Sequence record: LC739534.1
Length of the DNA: 64,000 bases
Direction: 5' to 3' (one strand)
Origin: Escherichia phage phiWec181
A program made the position numbers and the translations under genes. Shown piece after piece: positions 26,318-35,470 of this stretch (position 1 is the stretch's first letter; each line of letters opens with the position of its first letter). The notes beneath the pieces were generated by a model. That model saw only the letters and a program-made list of their open reading frames with translations, was not told the DNA's origin and did no database searches.

Positions 26318-26529
26318 ATGTTTTCTGCTTCCAGCACTACTCTTTGGATCTGCACGTCATCAATGTTTGCGAGACAATTCCCTAAAATAAGCCCTGCTCG
26401 GAAAGGGGCTTGGAACTTGGAGGAAGCCCCCACTCGAATAGAATACTCCACACCGCACATAACATAATCTACACGGTACATATTCAAGCCCATGAACATG
26501 AGTTCTTCTTCCGACTCTTCGATTTGCAT
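26314..26529 (-). CDS. hypothetical protein (71 aa)
   Basis: SD AGAGGAGA upstream. Confidence 0.45.
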   Translation of the reverse strand: MQIEESEEELMFMGLNMYRVDYVMCGVEYSIRVGASSKFQAPFRAGLILGNCLANIDDVQIQRVVLEAENI

Positions 26530-26541
26530 TTTTATCTCCTC

Positions 26542-27096
26542 TTAGTTCCAACTAATAATGATGTGTTTGATAACCCCAAAAACGCTATATTCCGCTGTTG
26601 TCAACGTTACATCTAAACCTTTTGCACGCAACATTGCGGCTACTACATTCACCCCTTCTTTCTGTTTATCCATCTCTTCGTAAGAAGAAGGGCTGTTACA
26701 CAAACCAAAACTCGAAGGTTCAAAATATTTTTGGAATTTTCCCTGTTCTGCATAATCTTCAATCTCCAGCAGAACACAGTCTACCATTTCAGTAAAATGG
26801 GAATTTGCTTGCAGTGCTTTACTACGTAGTTTATCACGTAAACTTCCCACAAACCCTTCCTGATCTTCTGTTTGCTCTACTTCACAGAAAGGATGAAGTT
26901 CAGCCCAGTCCCAAACGTCTCCCTCTAAAGCAAACGTTGTGTTGTAGTTGAAGAAGGTGCAACGTGGAAGTTCCCCGTTGAAAGAATCCTTCAGCAAAAT
27001 GTATTTCTTACCATTTGCGTGGAAGAGTTCCCCTTTGATAACCTTGCCTTTCTGGATATCGCTGTCGGTGGAACGGGTGCAGATAAACTGTTTCAT
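26542..27096 (-). CDS. hypothetical protein (184 aa), paralog family B (C-terminal domain)
   Basis: C-terminal FEPSSFGLCNSP...AMLRAKGLDV resembles CDS 33333..33635; SD GAGAGGAGAA upstream. Confidence 0.55.
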   Translation of the reverse strand: MKQFICTRSTDSDIQKGKVIKGELFHANGKKYILLKDSFNGELPRCTFFNYNTTFALEGDVWDWAELHPFCEVEQTEDQEGFVGSLRDKLRSKALQANSHFTEMVDCVLLEIEDYAEQGKFQKYFEPSSFGLCNSPSSYEEMDKQKEGVNVVAAMLRAKGLDVTLTTAEYSVFGVIKHIIISWN

Positions 27097-27150
27097 GATT
27101 TTCTCCTCTCTGTTTCGATGAGATGATTATGACAAAGACAGATCCTTCTG

Positions 27151-27477
27151 TCAACCAATTATTTCTTCTGCTATACGTTCTTTTACCCAGTTCACACGAT
27201 CCACATTCAAATGACAACGGCTTCTTTCCGCTTCTAAGGTGTACTTTCCAAAATTACTGTTGAAAGGCAACACCATAACCAAATCTTTGCGGTAGAACTG
27301 CTCATGCATTTCATCCAGTACAGGTTCGTATCGTTCGCTTTCCCCCATATCGTAAAAATCATAGAGGTTCGAGCACAAACCTGTGCAACGGGTGAACGGT
27401 TCACCTTCAGGAGCACCAGCTTCCAACCATGCCAAATACGTGCGGTAAAATGTTAATAGTTCTTCGCTCATTTCCAC
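27151..27477 (-). CDS. paralog family A member
   Basis: Family A pattern (LLTFYRTYLAWL...GLC...LPFNSN...HLNVDRVNWVKERI); SD AAGGAGAG upstream. Confidence 0.6.
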   Translation of the reverse strand: MEMSEELLTFYRTYLAWLEAGAPEGEPFTRCTGLCSNLYDFYDMGESERYEPVLDEMHEQFYRKDLVMVLPFNSNFGKYTLEAERSRCHLNVDRVNWVKERIAEEIIG

Positions 27478-27680
27478 TCTCCTTCATGATAGTAAACCTC
27501 AAAAGAATAGTAAGTGAACATGCTCATTGTAACACCTCCCATTTCTGGATCAACGGAAGTGTTGTTATACATGTCAACTACTGCCTGACCCGCTGCTTTG
27601 GCATGTGCTGCCGAATCACAGGCACAAACATCTTTCTCCCACGGAAACTTGCCATCATACTTAAGACGGACAATCCACAT
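27468..27680 (-). CDS. hypothetical protein (70 aa)
   Basis: SD TGGAGGAA upstream. Confidence 0.45.
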   Translation of the reverse strand: MWIVRLKYDGKFPWEKDVCACDSAAHAKAAGQAVVDMYNNTSVDPEMGGVTMSMFTYYSFEVYYHEGEWK

Positions 27681-27682
27681 GA

Positions 27683-27910
27683 TTATTCCTCCATCTTAAA
27701 CCATTGAGGGAATACTTTACGGAAGACACGAGTTGCTTCCAAAAGGAATTCCAATTCTTTTTCCCGATCTGCGTTCCAACCGTGTACTTTAACATTGATC
27801 GCCAGTGCATCAGCGCGCTGACTCAATGCTTGGCAAATCGGATCGCGCAACACTACCGCATCATAAAACTGACAAACAGCTTCAAGTTCATACCAATTAT
27901 AAGCAGCCAT
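27683..27910 (-). CDS. hypothetical protein (75 aa)
   Basis: SD AGAGGAGAA upstream. Confidence 0.45.
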   Translation of the reverse strand: MAAYNWYELEAVCQFYDAVVLRDPICQALSQRADALAINVKVHGWNADREKELEFLLEATRVFRKVFPQWFKMEE

Positions 27911-28236
27911 TATTCATTCTCCTCTGCAATACGATCTTTAACCCAATTAATCCTGTCCACGTTCAGGTGACAGGCATCTGCATCTGACTCTAAAACATAT
28001 GCATCGTAGTTCTCATTGAAAGGGAGTTCTTGACTCAACCCTTTATAGTGGAACTGTGCGTGCATCTCATCTGACAAGGTTATTATAATGAGATTGAAGC
28101 CATCCCTGTGCACATAATCGAACAAGTTGGCACACAAACCCACACTTGGCAGAAACGGTCTGCCATAAGGAGCACCATTTTCAATCCATGCCAGATACTT
28201 TTTGTAAAACTTCATCAACTCTTCACTTGTTTTCAT
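27910..28236 (-). CDS. paralog family A member
   Basis: Closest relative of 27151..27477 (…GLCANL…HLNVDRINWVKDRIAEE); SD GAGGTGG upstream. Confidence 0.6.
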   Translation of the reverse strand: MKTSEELMKFYKKYLAWIENGAPYGRPFLPSVGLCANLFDYVHRDGFNLIIITLSDEMHAQFHYKGLSQELPFNENYDAYVLESDADACHLNVDRINWVKDRIAEENE

Positions 28237-28474
28237 TTAGCCACCTCGTCAGTTTTTCTTGCTCTTTGTTTGCGCGTTCTAAGCTTCTAAACTTTAAACA
28301 AAGGGGAAGAGTATCCACACCCATGCACAAGCTTTTATCTAAGCTGTGCTCCCCAACCAACCAAAGAGAATATGTTTGAACATCTAACCCATAGTTTCTG
28401 TCTTTCCATAATCTCACCCCAAGAACATCAAAAGGCGCTTCCGCGACTAAAGAAAGAAACCGATCTTTATTCAT
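28223..28474 (-). CDS. hypothetical protein (83 aa)
   Basis: SD GAGGTGG upstream. Confidence 0.45.
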   Translation of the reverse strand: MNKDRFLSLVAEAPFDVLGVRLWKDRNYGLDVQTYSLWLVGEHSLDKSLCMGVDTLPLCLKFRSLERANKEQEKLTRWLNENK

Positions 28475-28475
28475 G

Positions 28476-28820
28476 TTACACCACCTCTACCACATGAATG
28501 GACACATCGTCACGGTAGTATTTATCATCCCCGTAAATCTGGCCCAAACGTACACATGCGTCGTAGATAGAAAGGGCTGGGATCTGATAAGTTTTAATAC
28601 TGCCGTTATCTTTTGTATACCGGATCTCAAAAAGACGCATCACATCTTCAGCTACCACCTCAAAAGTGGCGCAGCCCATTCTCAACTCAATAACACAATC
28701 TGTTCCGTCATCACTATTGATCCAGTAGTAGTCCACATCCTCGTCTGTATTTGTCACAGGGTATTGCTTACCAACAGTGAAATATGGAACGGAAGATGAT
28801 ACGCACAAAAGTTTAGTCAT
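28476..28820 (-). CDS. hypothetical protein (114 aa)
   Basis: SD AAGGAGAGAA upstream of ATG 28820; ORF-track start 28877 lacks SD. Confidence 0.5.
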   Translation of the reverse strand: MTKLLCVSSSVPYFTVGKQYPVTNTDEDVDYYWINSDDGTDCVIELRMGCATFEVVAEDVMRLFEIRYTKDNGSIKTYQIPALSIYDACVRLGQIYGDDKYYRDDVSIHVVEVV

Positions 28821-28848
28821 TTTTCTCTCCTTATTGTCTTGATGTGGT

Positions 28849-28877
28849 AAGCATACCATACAGAAATCAGGTGTCAA
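28849..28877 (-). promoter_or_regulatory. sigma70-type promoter
   Basis: Minus strand TTGACA, ~16-nt spacer, TATGCT upstream of CDS 28476..28820. Confidence 0.35.
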
Positions 28878-28880
28878 GCT

Positions 28881-29081
28881 TTATCGACACAGATAGTTGT
28901 AACGATCTGCTTTATCCTCTGCTTCAGCAAAGTCAGCAATCAAGGAAGTTTTGAGTTCTTCCAACTCTTTCACCCAAGAGTCGTAATCGCTCTGTGTTTC
29001 CCCGATGGTTTGGAGAAAACAATCGTCGTAGCCAATAGACATGGCTAACTCGATAATACGTTCCAGTTTTTCTTCCATCAT
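28881..29081 (-). CDS. hypothetical acidic protein (66 aa)
   Basis: SD GAAGGAGAGA upstream. Confidence 0.45.
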   Translation of the reverse strand: MMEEKLERIIELAMSIGYDDCFLQTIGETQSDYDSWVKELEELKTSLIADFAEAEDKADRYNYLCR

Positions 29082-29602
29082 TTCTCTCCTTCTACAGATT
29101 CTTGTTTAATATGATAATAGGCACCCCGTGCCAGATACACTTCGTGTTCTACATCGCTGATCGGGAACCCATCAGGATTGGAAAGTCCTTGCTCAATAGT
29201 GAGAATAAGGCTTCGCAAACTAAGAGCCAGCAATTCTATACGTGCTTCAAGCACACGGTTGTGTTTACGAGAAATATCGTAGTTGCACTGTGCTTCCTTC
29301 CATTGTTCGGTGGCATGTTCCGCTACACGCAGAAGAACAGCTTTCTCCTGTTCAGCTTTAGATACTTCCCAGTTCACAGAAGTGTCAGCAGGAACAAGAA
29401 TGAAAGGTTCTTCTTTCTCTCCCACAACAGACCAACGCCCCAGCTTACTATCTTTCAATGTATCCCACGCATAGTCCCCATCGTCACAAGTAAATCGGAA
29501 TACCTCTCCTTCCTTGGCCTCCCATTCAGCCTCGTAAGTTTTACCAGTGGTAACAAAGGAATGTTTAGAGAGACTACAGTAAACAGCGAATACCTTGCTC
29601 AT
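29078..29602 (-). CDS. hypothetical protein (174 aa)
   Basis: SD GAGGAGG upstream. Confidence 0.55.
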   Translation of the reverse strand: MSKVFAVYCSLSKHSFVTTGKTYEAEWEAKEGEVFRFTCDDGDYAWDTLKDSKLGRWSVVGEKEEPFILVPADTSVNWEVSKAEQEKAVLLRVAEHATEQWKEAQCNYDISRKHNRVLEARIELLALSLRSLILTIEQGLSNPDGFPISDVEHEVYLARGAYYHIKQESVEGEK

Positions 29603-29844
29603 TCTACCTCCTCATTAGAAATTACAGACAAAGAGAGCGTAGCAAAACCTACAGAGATTGCTCGCCCCTCATCAATAGCTTCGTTAATCATATAACTTAC
29701 CAAACTGGTAGTAGCAAAATCACCATCTTCAGTAAGGCGAAACACTTCTTGATCCGGTTCGGTGATGAAAGGCAGAAGGTATTCTTTCTTTGTATCCAGG
29801 AAACGTACTACATGGAATAAACGGGTTTTATTTCCGTAAGACAT
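29599..29844 (-). CDS. hypothetical protein (81 aa)
   Basis: SD AAAGGAGAGA upstream of ATG 29844. Confidence 0.4.
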   Translation of the reverse strand: MSYGNKTRLFHVVRFLDTKKEYLLPFITEPDQEVFRLTEDGDFATTSLVSYMINEAIDEGRAISVGFATLSLSVISNEEVE

Positions 29845-30109
29845 TCTTTCTCTCCTTTGCTTTTGGATACTCCCAACCCTCTGGGAGATCTTCGTTAAGC
29901 ATCCACTCAAAAGGCCAGCGACAATAGCTATGCCACTTTCCATCCAAGTAGAGGCAATCTTCATCTACTGGTCCACAAGGATTGATAACTACAACACACC
30001 CTTTTGCTCGCCAATACTGAACTATTTCGGGGTAAAAACAAGAAACATCAGTCCACTCCCAAATACGTTCATCATTCAAACGATACGCTGCTGGTAATGT
30101 TTCTTTCAT
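29828..30109 (-). CDS. hypothetical Cys/Trp-rich protein (93 aa)
   Basis: ORF; weak SD AGAGG. Confidence 0.45.
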   Translation of the reverse strand: MKETLPAAYRLNDERIWEWTDVSCFYPEIVQYWRAKGCVVVINPCGPVDEDCLYLDGKWHSYCRWPFEWMLNEDLPEGWEYPKAKERKNVLRK

Positions 30110-30113
30110 CCGA

Positions 30114-30560
30114 TCAAACCTCTGTCAAAGAGAAACGCCAATCTTTACTACTACCCACACCAAGGAAGTAATAGTCTCCGGTACTAACGGAAATACGCCA
30201 AGCGGAAATCCAGTCAGGAATCTCTGGCTTATGGCTGTAGCCATAGCGATCACCACTTGAATCTGTTGCAATATAATTAACAAATTCAGGCACATCTAAA
30301 GTTTCACCTTGATACTCTACACGCTTGAAGCCATCTTCCACTTGTTCCTCCCCTTCTACCAGAAGGGCAAGAAGCTGAATGTGCGGACAAGTGAAATCTT
30401 GCCCTGGATAACGTGAACGGATATCTGTAAGCAGAGCGATCACCGCGTCTGCCAGATTTTGGTAATCTTCATACTTCACGAACGTCCCTTTTGTAGGATC
30501 ATCCGAACACAAAAGCCAAGCGTCGTTCGGATTCACTCCATAATGTTTAACTTTAGACAT
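30114..30560 (-). CDS. hypothetical protein (148 aa), paralog family D
   Basis: YEDYQNLADAVIALLTD resembles YDDYQKLAEATSWLVSML of CDS 33121..33333; SD AGGAGGG upstream. Confidence 0.5.
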   Translation of the reverse strand: MSKVKHYGVNPNDAWLLCSDDPTKGTFVKYEDYQNLADAVIALLTDIRSRYPGQDFTCPHIQLLALLVEGEEQVEDGFKRVEYQGETLDVPEFVNYIATDSSGDRYGYSHKPEIPDWISAWRISVSTGDYYFLGVGSSKDWRFSLTEV

Positions 30561-30640
30561 ACACCCTCCTATTCGTACATTAAGAAGCCCAAAATAATAA
30601 TCAGGGCAGCGAAAATAATAATCTCTATCATATCACATTC

Positions 30641-30853
30641 TCACTTATTCATAGAAGCAGGAAGAATCGAATGACACTTCCTGCACACTTTCACTTTAAC
30701 AAGATTATCACTCCCTTCTGCGTAAATCAAAGCTTCTTTCAACTTATTCCCACACGAACAATACTCTGTTAGGTCCAGGGGAACATCAAAAAGCCCGTAA
30801 TCGCTCTCATATTGTTTCTTACACAACGAAACCACTCTTGTAAAGTAAGACAT
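30641..30853 (-). CDS. small zinc-finger-like protein (70 aa)
   Basis: CSCGNK...CRKCH four-Cys arrangement; SD GAGGAA upstream. Confidence 0.45.
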   Translation of the reverse strand: MSYFTRVVSLCKKQYESDYGLFDVPLDLTEYCSCGNKLKEALIYAEGSDNLVKVKVCRKCHSILPASMNK

Positions 30854-30856
30854 TTC

Positions 30857-31078
30857 TTATTCCTCGATCACTTCTACATCCCAAGAGAAGAATACATAGT
30901 CACAACCTTCCCAAACATCATCCTCCAGGATCTCACAACCTTCCACTTTAGCCATCTCTTCTTGGGAAACGAAGAATGTTTGCAGATCATCGCTGAAAAG
31001 GTGTGCTTCAACAACAAAAGGAAGCTGAACGTTCTCGAAACCTACATAGCCTGTAACATCAATAATCTTAATTTTCAT
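30857..31078 (-). CDS. small acidic protein (73 aa), paralog family C
   Basis: MKIKIIDVTGYVGFENVQLPFVV... resembles CDS 35471..35701; SD AAAGGAGAA upstream. Confidence 0.5.
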   Translation of the reverse strand: MKIKIIDVTGYVGFENVQLPFVVEAHLFSDDLQTFFVSQEEMAKVEGCEILEDDVWEGCDYVFFSWDVEVIEE

Positions 31079-31269
31079 GATGGTTCTCCTTTATAAAGTA
31101 AACCTCTTAGTTCGCATTCTGCCACCAATAGACGGTTGGCTTGATTGTCCATAGACACGTCTATCTCCACACTCCAAGCATTAATATACACTTCGTTGAT
31201 CTTTGCGTCAAGCATTTGTGCAACTAAAGCTACGGCTCCAGCATATTCAAGTTTGATCTCTATAATCAT
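31075..31269 (-). CDS. hypothetical protein (64 aa)
   Basis: ORF with start overlapping upstream stop; no clear SD. Confidence 0.4.
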   Translation of the reverse strand: MIIEIKLEYAGAVALVAQMLDAKINEVYINAWSVEIDVSMDNQANRLLVAECELRGLLYKGEPS

Positions 31270-31553
31270 TTAAGATGATCCCTTACCCATTGGATACGGA
31301 CAGCATTGAGATGAGAACCATCTTCCTTGTATTCTTTCGCGTAATCATCCCAATCCTTATTGAACGGGAGTTCTGGGTCCAACCCCGCAGCTTCAAACTG
31401 TTTTGACATTTCATACAGCAAATCATCATCACAATAACCGAAGAAATAGAGATTAGTACATAAACCCCATTCACGGCGGAAAGGATTACCGTCTGGCGCT
31501 CCCGCGTCCACCCAATCTGCGTAAGCTTGATAGAACTCTCGTAATGTTTTCAT
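31266..31553 (-). CDS. paralog family A member
   Basis: Family A pattern (LREFYQAYADWV...GLC...LPFNKD...RIQWVRDHL); ATG 31553 overlaps stop of upstream small ORF. Confidence 0.6.
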   Translation of the reverse strand: MKTLREFYQAYADWVDAGAPDGNPFRREWGLCTNLYFFGYCDDDLLYEMSKQFEAAGLDPELPFNKDWDDYAKEYKEDGSHLNAVRIQWVRDHLK

Positions 31554-31708
31554 AACCACCCCTTATCTTGATAACCTTTAGAAAACCCTTCTTCCCACTC
31601 TTGAAACTGTTCAGGATGTTTATTGGGATCGTAAGGATTGTGGCGGCAAAACATGCCGAATTTATAACCCTGTGCGTAGCCTTTATCGAATGCGTTCTTA
31701 CTCTCCAT
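31550..31708 (-). CDS. small protein (52 aa) with KGY repeats
   Basis: MESKNAFDKGYAQGYKFG...SKGYQDKGWL; strong SD AGAGGAGAGAA upstream; not in ORF track. Confidence 0.4.
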   Translation of the reverse strand: MESKNAFDKGYAQGYKFGMFCRHNPYDPNKHPEQFQEWEEGFSKGYQDKGWL

Positions 31709-31720
31709 TGTTCTCTCCTC

Positions 31721-31993
31721 TTATTCAACGTTCCAGAAAACACCCCGTTTATCTGTAATGTCTATACGATACTCCTCCCACATCTTAGTTACAAGAGGTC
31801 TTTTCACATAACCGTGAAAATAAACTTCAGAATGCACCCCGTAAGCTGTGTAATTGTCAACAGTCCCTTCTACCTTGAAGATCACCATGTCTCCACCTAA
31901 AAATCTTTCAAAAACCAAGGTGAAACAGTCGAACTTAACAACGTCTCCCTCGAAGAGGGAGATATCTTTCACCTTACAGAAATGTCCGATCAT
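31721..31993 (-). CDS. hypothetical protein (90 aa)
   Basis: SD AAGGAGAGAA upstream. Confidence 0.5.
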   Translation of the reverse strand: MIGHFCKVKDISLFEGDVVKFDCFTLVFERFLGGDMVIFKVEGTVDNYTAYGVHSEVYFHGYVKRPLVTKMWEEYRIDITDKRGVFWNVE

Positions 31994-32002
31994 TTTCTCT
32001 CC

Positions 32003-32194
32003 TTAATACACATCACCTACAAACCAGATTTCTGGATCGCCATACTGATCCTTCTCGTAAGATTTGTAGACACTACAGCAATATTTCAAAACACCGTCCA
32101 CAAGGATTGTTGATCTTTCTTCTGGAATCTCTGTGATCTCCCCTTTGCGGGTTTCGAAGATGGTATCACCCTTTTCAATTAGTCGGATTTTCAT
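32003..32194 (-). CDS. hypothetical protein (63 aa)
   Basis: SD GGGAGG upstream. Confidence 0.5.
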   Translation of the reverse strand: MKIRLIEKGDTIFETRKGEITEIPEERSTILVDGVLKYCCSVYKSYEKDQYGDPEIWFVGDVY

Positions 32195-32195
32195 A

Positions 32196-32393
32196 TCATA
32201 CCTCCCTCAATGCGATTAGTGCGTTCACCAGATTATCAACACCTTGAGCATCCAGGGCAATAACATCAAAGTTAAACCCTGTATCAGTTGGGACTTTACG
32301 TGTTATGGTGTAATAATCCTCTGCATGACGTTCAACATATGCGTATGGGTAACTGGTGTTCGGATCATGTTTTACGCGAATAGATGTTTTCAT
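32196..32393 (-). CDS. hypothetical protein (65 aa)
   Basis: SD AAGAGGAGAA upstream. Confidence 0.5.
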   Translation of the reverse strand: MKTSIRVKHDPNTSYPYAYVERHAEDYYTITRKVPTDTGFNFDVIALDAQGVDNLVNALIALREV

Positions 32394-32863
32394 GTTTTGT
32401 TCTCCTCTTTAGTTGCAACACGGAACTTATTAGCTTCTCTCACCTGGAACATGAAGTCTTTCTTCTTCATAATCCCGATGGACATTTCATCCAGTTCTTC
32501 TGGATGGATCTGGAGATTACGGCGATCGGACAGGAACCAAGATTTCTCCCACCAGAAGCGTTGATCCTCCTCCTTGTGGTGCTTGTATTCCTCTTTTTCT
32601 TTTTCTGTGAGGATCTTGAAGCGATTCTTTCCTTCCCAACGCATTGCTGTGTTAAAAGGAATACCGTTATCCCCATTATACACTGCGGAAGTAGGAAGGC
32701 AATAGCCAGTTTCTGCGTCGATCATTTGGTAGTGAAATTCACATTCCAGTTCAACGTACTCTAAATCCCCATAAAAATCACTGATCAAGAAAGCAATGTA
32801 AGTTTCACCATGTTCGGGAACAAATTCTTGCTTTGTCAACATCTCCAGTTTCAAACCTGCCAT
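32390..32863 (-). CDS. hypothetical protein (157 aa)
   Basis: SD AAAGGAGAAAG upstream. Confidence 0.55.
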   Translation of the reverse strand: MAGLKLEMLTKQEFVPEHGETYIAFLISDFYGDLEYVELECEFHYQMIDAETGYCLPTSAVYNGDNGIPFNTAMRWEGKNRFKILTEKEKEEYKHHKEEDQRFWWEKSWFLSDRRNLQIHPEELDEMSIGIMKKKDFMFQVREANKFRVATKEENKT

Positions 32864-32875
32864 TGCTTTCTCCTT

Positions 32876-33109
32876 TTAGTCGAACCAGTTATATTCAGAA
32901 GGGTAACGCGCATAGTTTGGCTTATACCCCAGCCTTTTCATCTTAACAGACATACGAGTGAAGCCAAAGGTTTTTTTGCCCTTAGACATAAACTTCTTCC
33001 CACTCTTCATTGGCTTCTTAGGGTCTTTGATCGCCTGGTTTAACGCTCGCGCAAGCCACAAAGTGTATGCGCTCGGTGCTTGGTTAACTTTCATCTTGTT
33101 ACCCTTCAT
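32876..33109 (-). CDS. small basic protein (77 aa)
   Basis: Lys-rich (KDPKKPMKSGKKFMSKGKK); SD AAGAGGAGA upstream. Confidence 0.5.
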   Translation of the reverse strand: MKGNKMKVNQAPSAYTLWLARALNQAIKDPKKPMKSGKKFMSKGKKTFGFTRMSVKMKRLGYKPNYARYPSEYNWFD

Positions 33110-33120
33110 ACGATCTCCTC

Positions 33121-33333
33121 TTATAAAATTTCAAGTTCTTCGAGTGTTTCTTTCAGGGAAACTGGCAAATCACACTCCACATCCAGCATCGAAACCAACC
33201 AAGAGGTGGCTTCGGCTAACTTCTGGTAATCATCATACAACACATAACCCCCTTCGTCAACCTCTACGATGCAACGATAAGATGCAAAAGGGTTTTTGCT
33301 CATTTCTTCAATGTCATAACGTTCAACAACCAT
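33121..33333 (-). CDS. small acidic protein (70 aa), paralog family D
   Basis: SD AGAGGTGA upstream of ATG 33333; related to CDS 30114..30560. Confidence 0.45.
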   Translation of the reverse strand: MVVERYDIEEMSKNPFASYRCIVEVDEGGYVLYDDYQKLAEATSWLVSMLDVECDLPVSLKETLEELEIL

Positions 33334-33635
33334 TATTTCACCTCTGACCAATCAACAGTAATACATTGATAAGCTTGATGATTTATGTCCAATTCAATAT
33401 AAACCACAAGCCCACGCTCGCGGAGTGCTGTTACCACCATATACATTAACTCGCGCTGTCTGGCGATCCCATCTTGGGAAAGAGGACGATTACAGAAGCC
33501 AAAATCAGAGGGCGTGAAATCCCGTTGGTAATTTCCCGCCCGTGCTTCTGAAAAACACGTCTCAATAACCTCTTCAATAGGAAAACCGATGGAAGCTTCT
33601 TTGGCAATACTGCGTAACTGTTCGGTCAAATTCAT
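33333..33635 (-). CDS. hypothetical protein (100 aa), paralog family B
   Basis: FTPSDFGFCNRP...TALRERGLVV resembles C-terminus of CDS 26542..27096; SD GAGAGGAGAA upstream. Confidence 0.5.
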   Translation of the reverse strand: MNLTEQLRSIAKEASIGFPIEEVIETCFSEARAGNYQRDFTPSDFGFCNRPLSQDGIARQRELMYMVVTALRERGLVVYIELDINHQAYQCITVDWSEVK

Positions 33636-33700
33636 TTCATTTCTCCTCTCGTCTGTGTATGCAAAGATTATCTACCAACGTGATCCTTATGTCAAGCTAT

Positions 33701-34213
33701 TTATTCAAAATAAACTTTAACTTGTGCCGTGCTGTAGCGATTGTAAATCTCGACCACGGCTTTAGCATTATCTTCTTTATAGGATTCTGCCAGATCTTCC
33801 GCATCTCGGATATTTCCGGCAACACCTACGAGAACAAGATCCACCATTACAAGATATTTTTTATCTTCTGGACTCTCTTGAGAAGGCTCTTGCACTGGTT
33901 CTTCCTTTGGTTCTGGTGGCAAACCAACCTCTGCCTCAACATAAGAGTCAAACCAAGTGATATCGTTAAAATGCTTTAACTCGTGTTTGGACAGCAGCAT
34001 ACCACAATCAACGAAAGCACCTGCATCAGCTTCAAAGACATGCCCTTCAAATGTTTGGAACTTAACCACATCCCCTTTTTCTGTTGTCTCCAACACCAGG
34101 AAGTGTTTTGGCCCCAGCAGATCTGAAATCTTTCGGTTCAGATTGACAGCTTCACGGAACGCATTGTACTCTTTTGTATTTTTGAATTTATAAGAATGCC
34201 CTTGAATAAACAT
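33701..34213 (-). CDS. hypothetical protein (170 aa), paralog family E
   Basis: SD AAGAGGAGA upstream; tandem duplicate of next gene. Confidence 0.55.
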   Translation of the reverse strand: MFIQGHSYKFKNTKEYNAFREAVNLNRKISDLLGPKHFLVLETTEKGDVVKFQTFEGHVFEADAGAFVDCGMLLSKHELKHFNDITWFDSYVEAEVGLPPEPKEEPVQEPSQESPEDKKYLVMVDLVLVGVAGNIRDAEDLAESYKEDNAKAVVEIYNRYSTAQVKVYFE

Positions 34214-34225
34214 AGTAGTCTCCTC

Positions 34226-34744
34226 TTAGTCAAATATCACATTACTTACGAGTTTCGCTGTGCTACGCAGAGTATAAATCTCCACAAGCTTCCCTGGACT
34301 CTCTTTCTTCGCTTTCGTGGCTCTTTCTTGTGCCTCTGAAAAAGATGATACAGTATGCACTACTACGTAGTCAACAATAACTGCAAACTTTTTAGGCACA
34401 ATATCGGCATCAGGACGATCGTCGTGCGCAGAAACATCCTTACCTGGCTGTGGTGCCAGCGGCGGCAAGCCTGTCATTAACAGTGCACCTCCATCAAAGA
34501 AATATCCGATTTCATCGTGTGCAATAAGGAAGCGATCCATTTGAGCATCACCTACTCCCTGATCCCAGAACACTTTCCTATCTTCTACGAAGATGATAAG
34601 GGACAGGACATTCCCATGAACATCCGTGTTAACTGGTTGGAACCAGTGATCCCCAATCGCTTCAGCCAATTGTTTAGAGATTGATTGAAACAACTCTTGG
34701 TACGTGCCTTGTCTGAAACGATATACATTATTTGTTTTAAACAT
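34226..34744 (-). CDS. hypothetical protein (172 aa), paralog family E
   Basis: SD AAGAGGAGA upstream; C-terminal KKFAVIVDYVVVHT...VEIY resembles previous gene. Confidence 0.55.
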   Translation of the reverse strand: MFKTNNVYRFRQGTYQELFQSISKQLAEAIGDHWFQPVNTDVHGNVLSLIIFVEDRKVFWDQGVGDAQMDRFLIAHDEIGYFFDGGALLMTGLPPLAPQPGKDVSAHDDRPDADIVPKKFAVIVDYVVVHTVSSFSEAQERATKAKKESPGKLVEIYTLRSTAKLVSNVIFD

Positions 34745-34766
34745 TAGTGTCTCCTCTTGTATTAAA

Positions 34767-35225
34767 TTATTGTTCTACTTCACGCAGCCACGCTAAAGCC
34801 TCTTCTGGGGATTTATCGAAGTCGTTGAGCAGTTCCTGCTCCAACTCCTCTTTCATTTCATTCAGCACTTGTAGTTGACGTGCCTTTTTCCACAAGGCTA
34901 CACGATAATCAACACCTTGTGGTGCTTCTTCTGCCACTTTTACATTACCTGTCGGGCAGCGAGGAAGATAGTCTTCAATATCTTCCAAGGCACGGCGATA
35001 ATTGGGGTCCATGTAGTTCACACGAACACGATTACATTCTAACAAAGTGGCACGGAACACTTCATAACGTGTTTCGGATAGAATGTGTTTCACACAGACA
35101 GCACCAGTATCTTCTGAAATTACGCTATACACTTCCAGTAGGCTGGAGTTTCTCTTGACATAATCTGTAACGCATTGCACATATGCTCCCAATATTGTGG
35201 AAGCTCTCGCTGGTTTTTCGCTCAT
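34767..35225 (-). CDS. hypothetical protein (152 aa)
   Basis: SD GGGGAGG upstream. Confidence 0.55.
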   Translation of the reverse strand: MSEKPARASTILGAYVQCVTDYVKRNSSLLEVYSVISEDTGAVCVKHILSETRYEVFRATLLECNRVRVNYMDPNYRRALEDIEDYLPRCPTGNVKVAEEAPQGVDYRVALWKKARQLQVLNEMKEELEQELLNDFDKSPEEALAWLREVEQ

Positions 35226-35461
35226 TTTCTACCTCCCCATAATGCCACCATTTTATTAAAGATGGAAGCGCGTCGTGCACGAGATGCTAACATACGATTG
35301 GCTTCTTCGTAGCCATAGAACAAACGATCTGTCAATACCAACGCCAGTGTCTTCTCTTGCAGAGACTGGCAATTATGTTCAGGACGACAGTCGTGCCCTG
35401 CATCGAAGTACAGATTGTTCAGATAGTTGTTTGCTCTCTCATTCTGCTTTGCAGTGATCAC
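35222..35461 (-). CDS. hypothetical protein (79 aa), GTG start
   Basis: ORF-track start is GTG preceded by AAGGAGGG; start uncertain. Confidence 0.4.
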   Translation of the reverse strand: MITAKQNERANNYLNNLYFDAGHDCRPEHNCQSLQEKTLALVLTDRLFYGYEEANRMLASRARRASIFNKMVALWGGRK

Positions 35462-35470
35462 GATCCCTCC

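Noticed and set aside
29102-29695. 197-aa + strand ORF
   Set aside because: Antisense to SD-led minus-strand genes 29078..29602 and 29599..29844; no SD; Ser/Phe-rich shadow translation.
31486-31743. 85-aa minus-strand ORF from the track
   Set aside because: No SD; a different frame in the same interval gives a 52-aa ORF (31550..31708) with a strong SD and ATGA coupling to the downstream family A gene.
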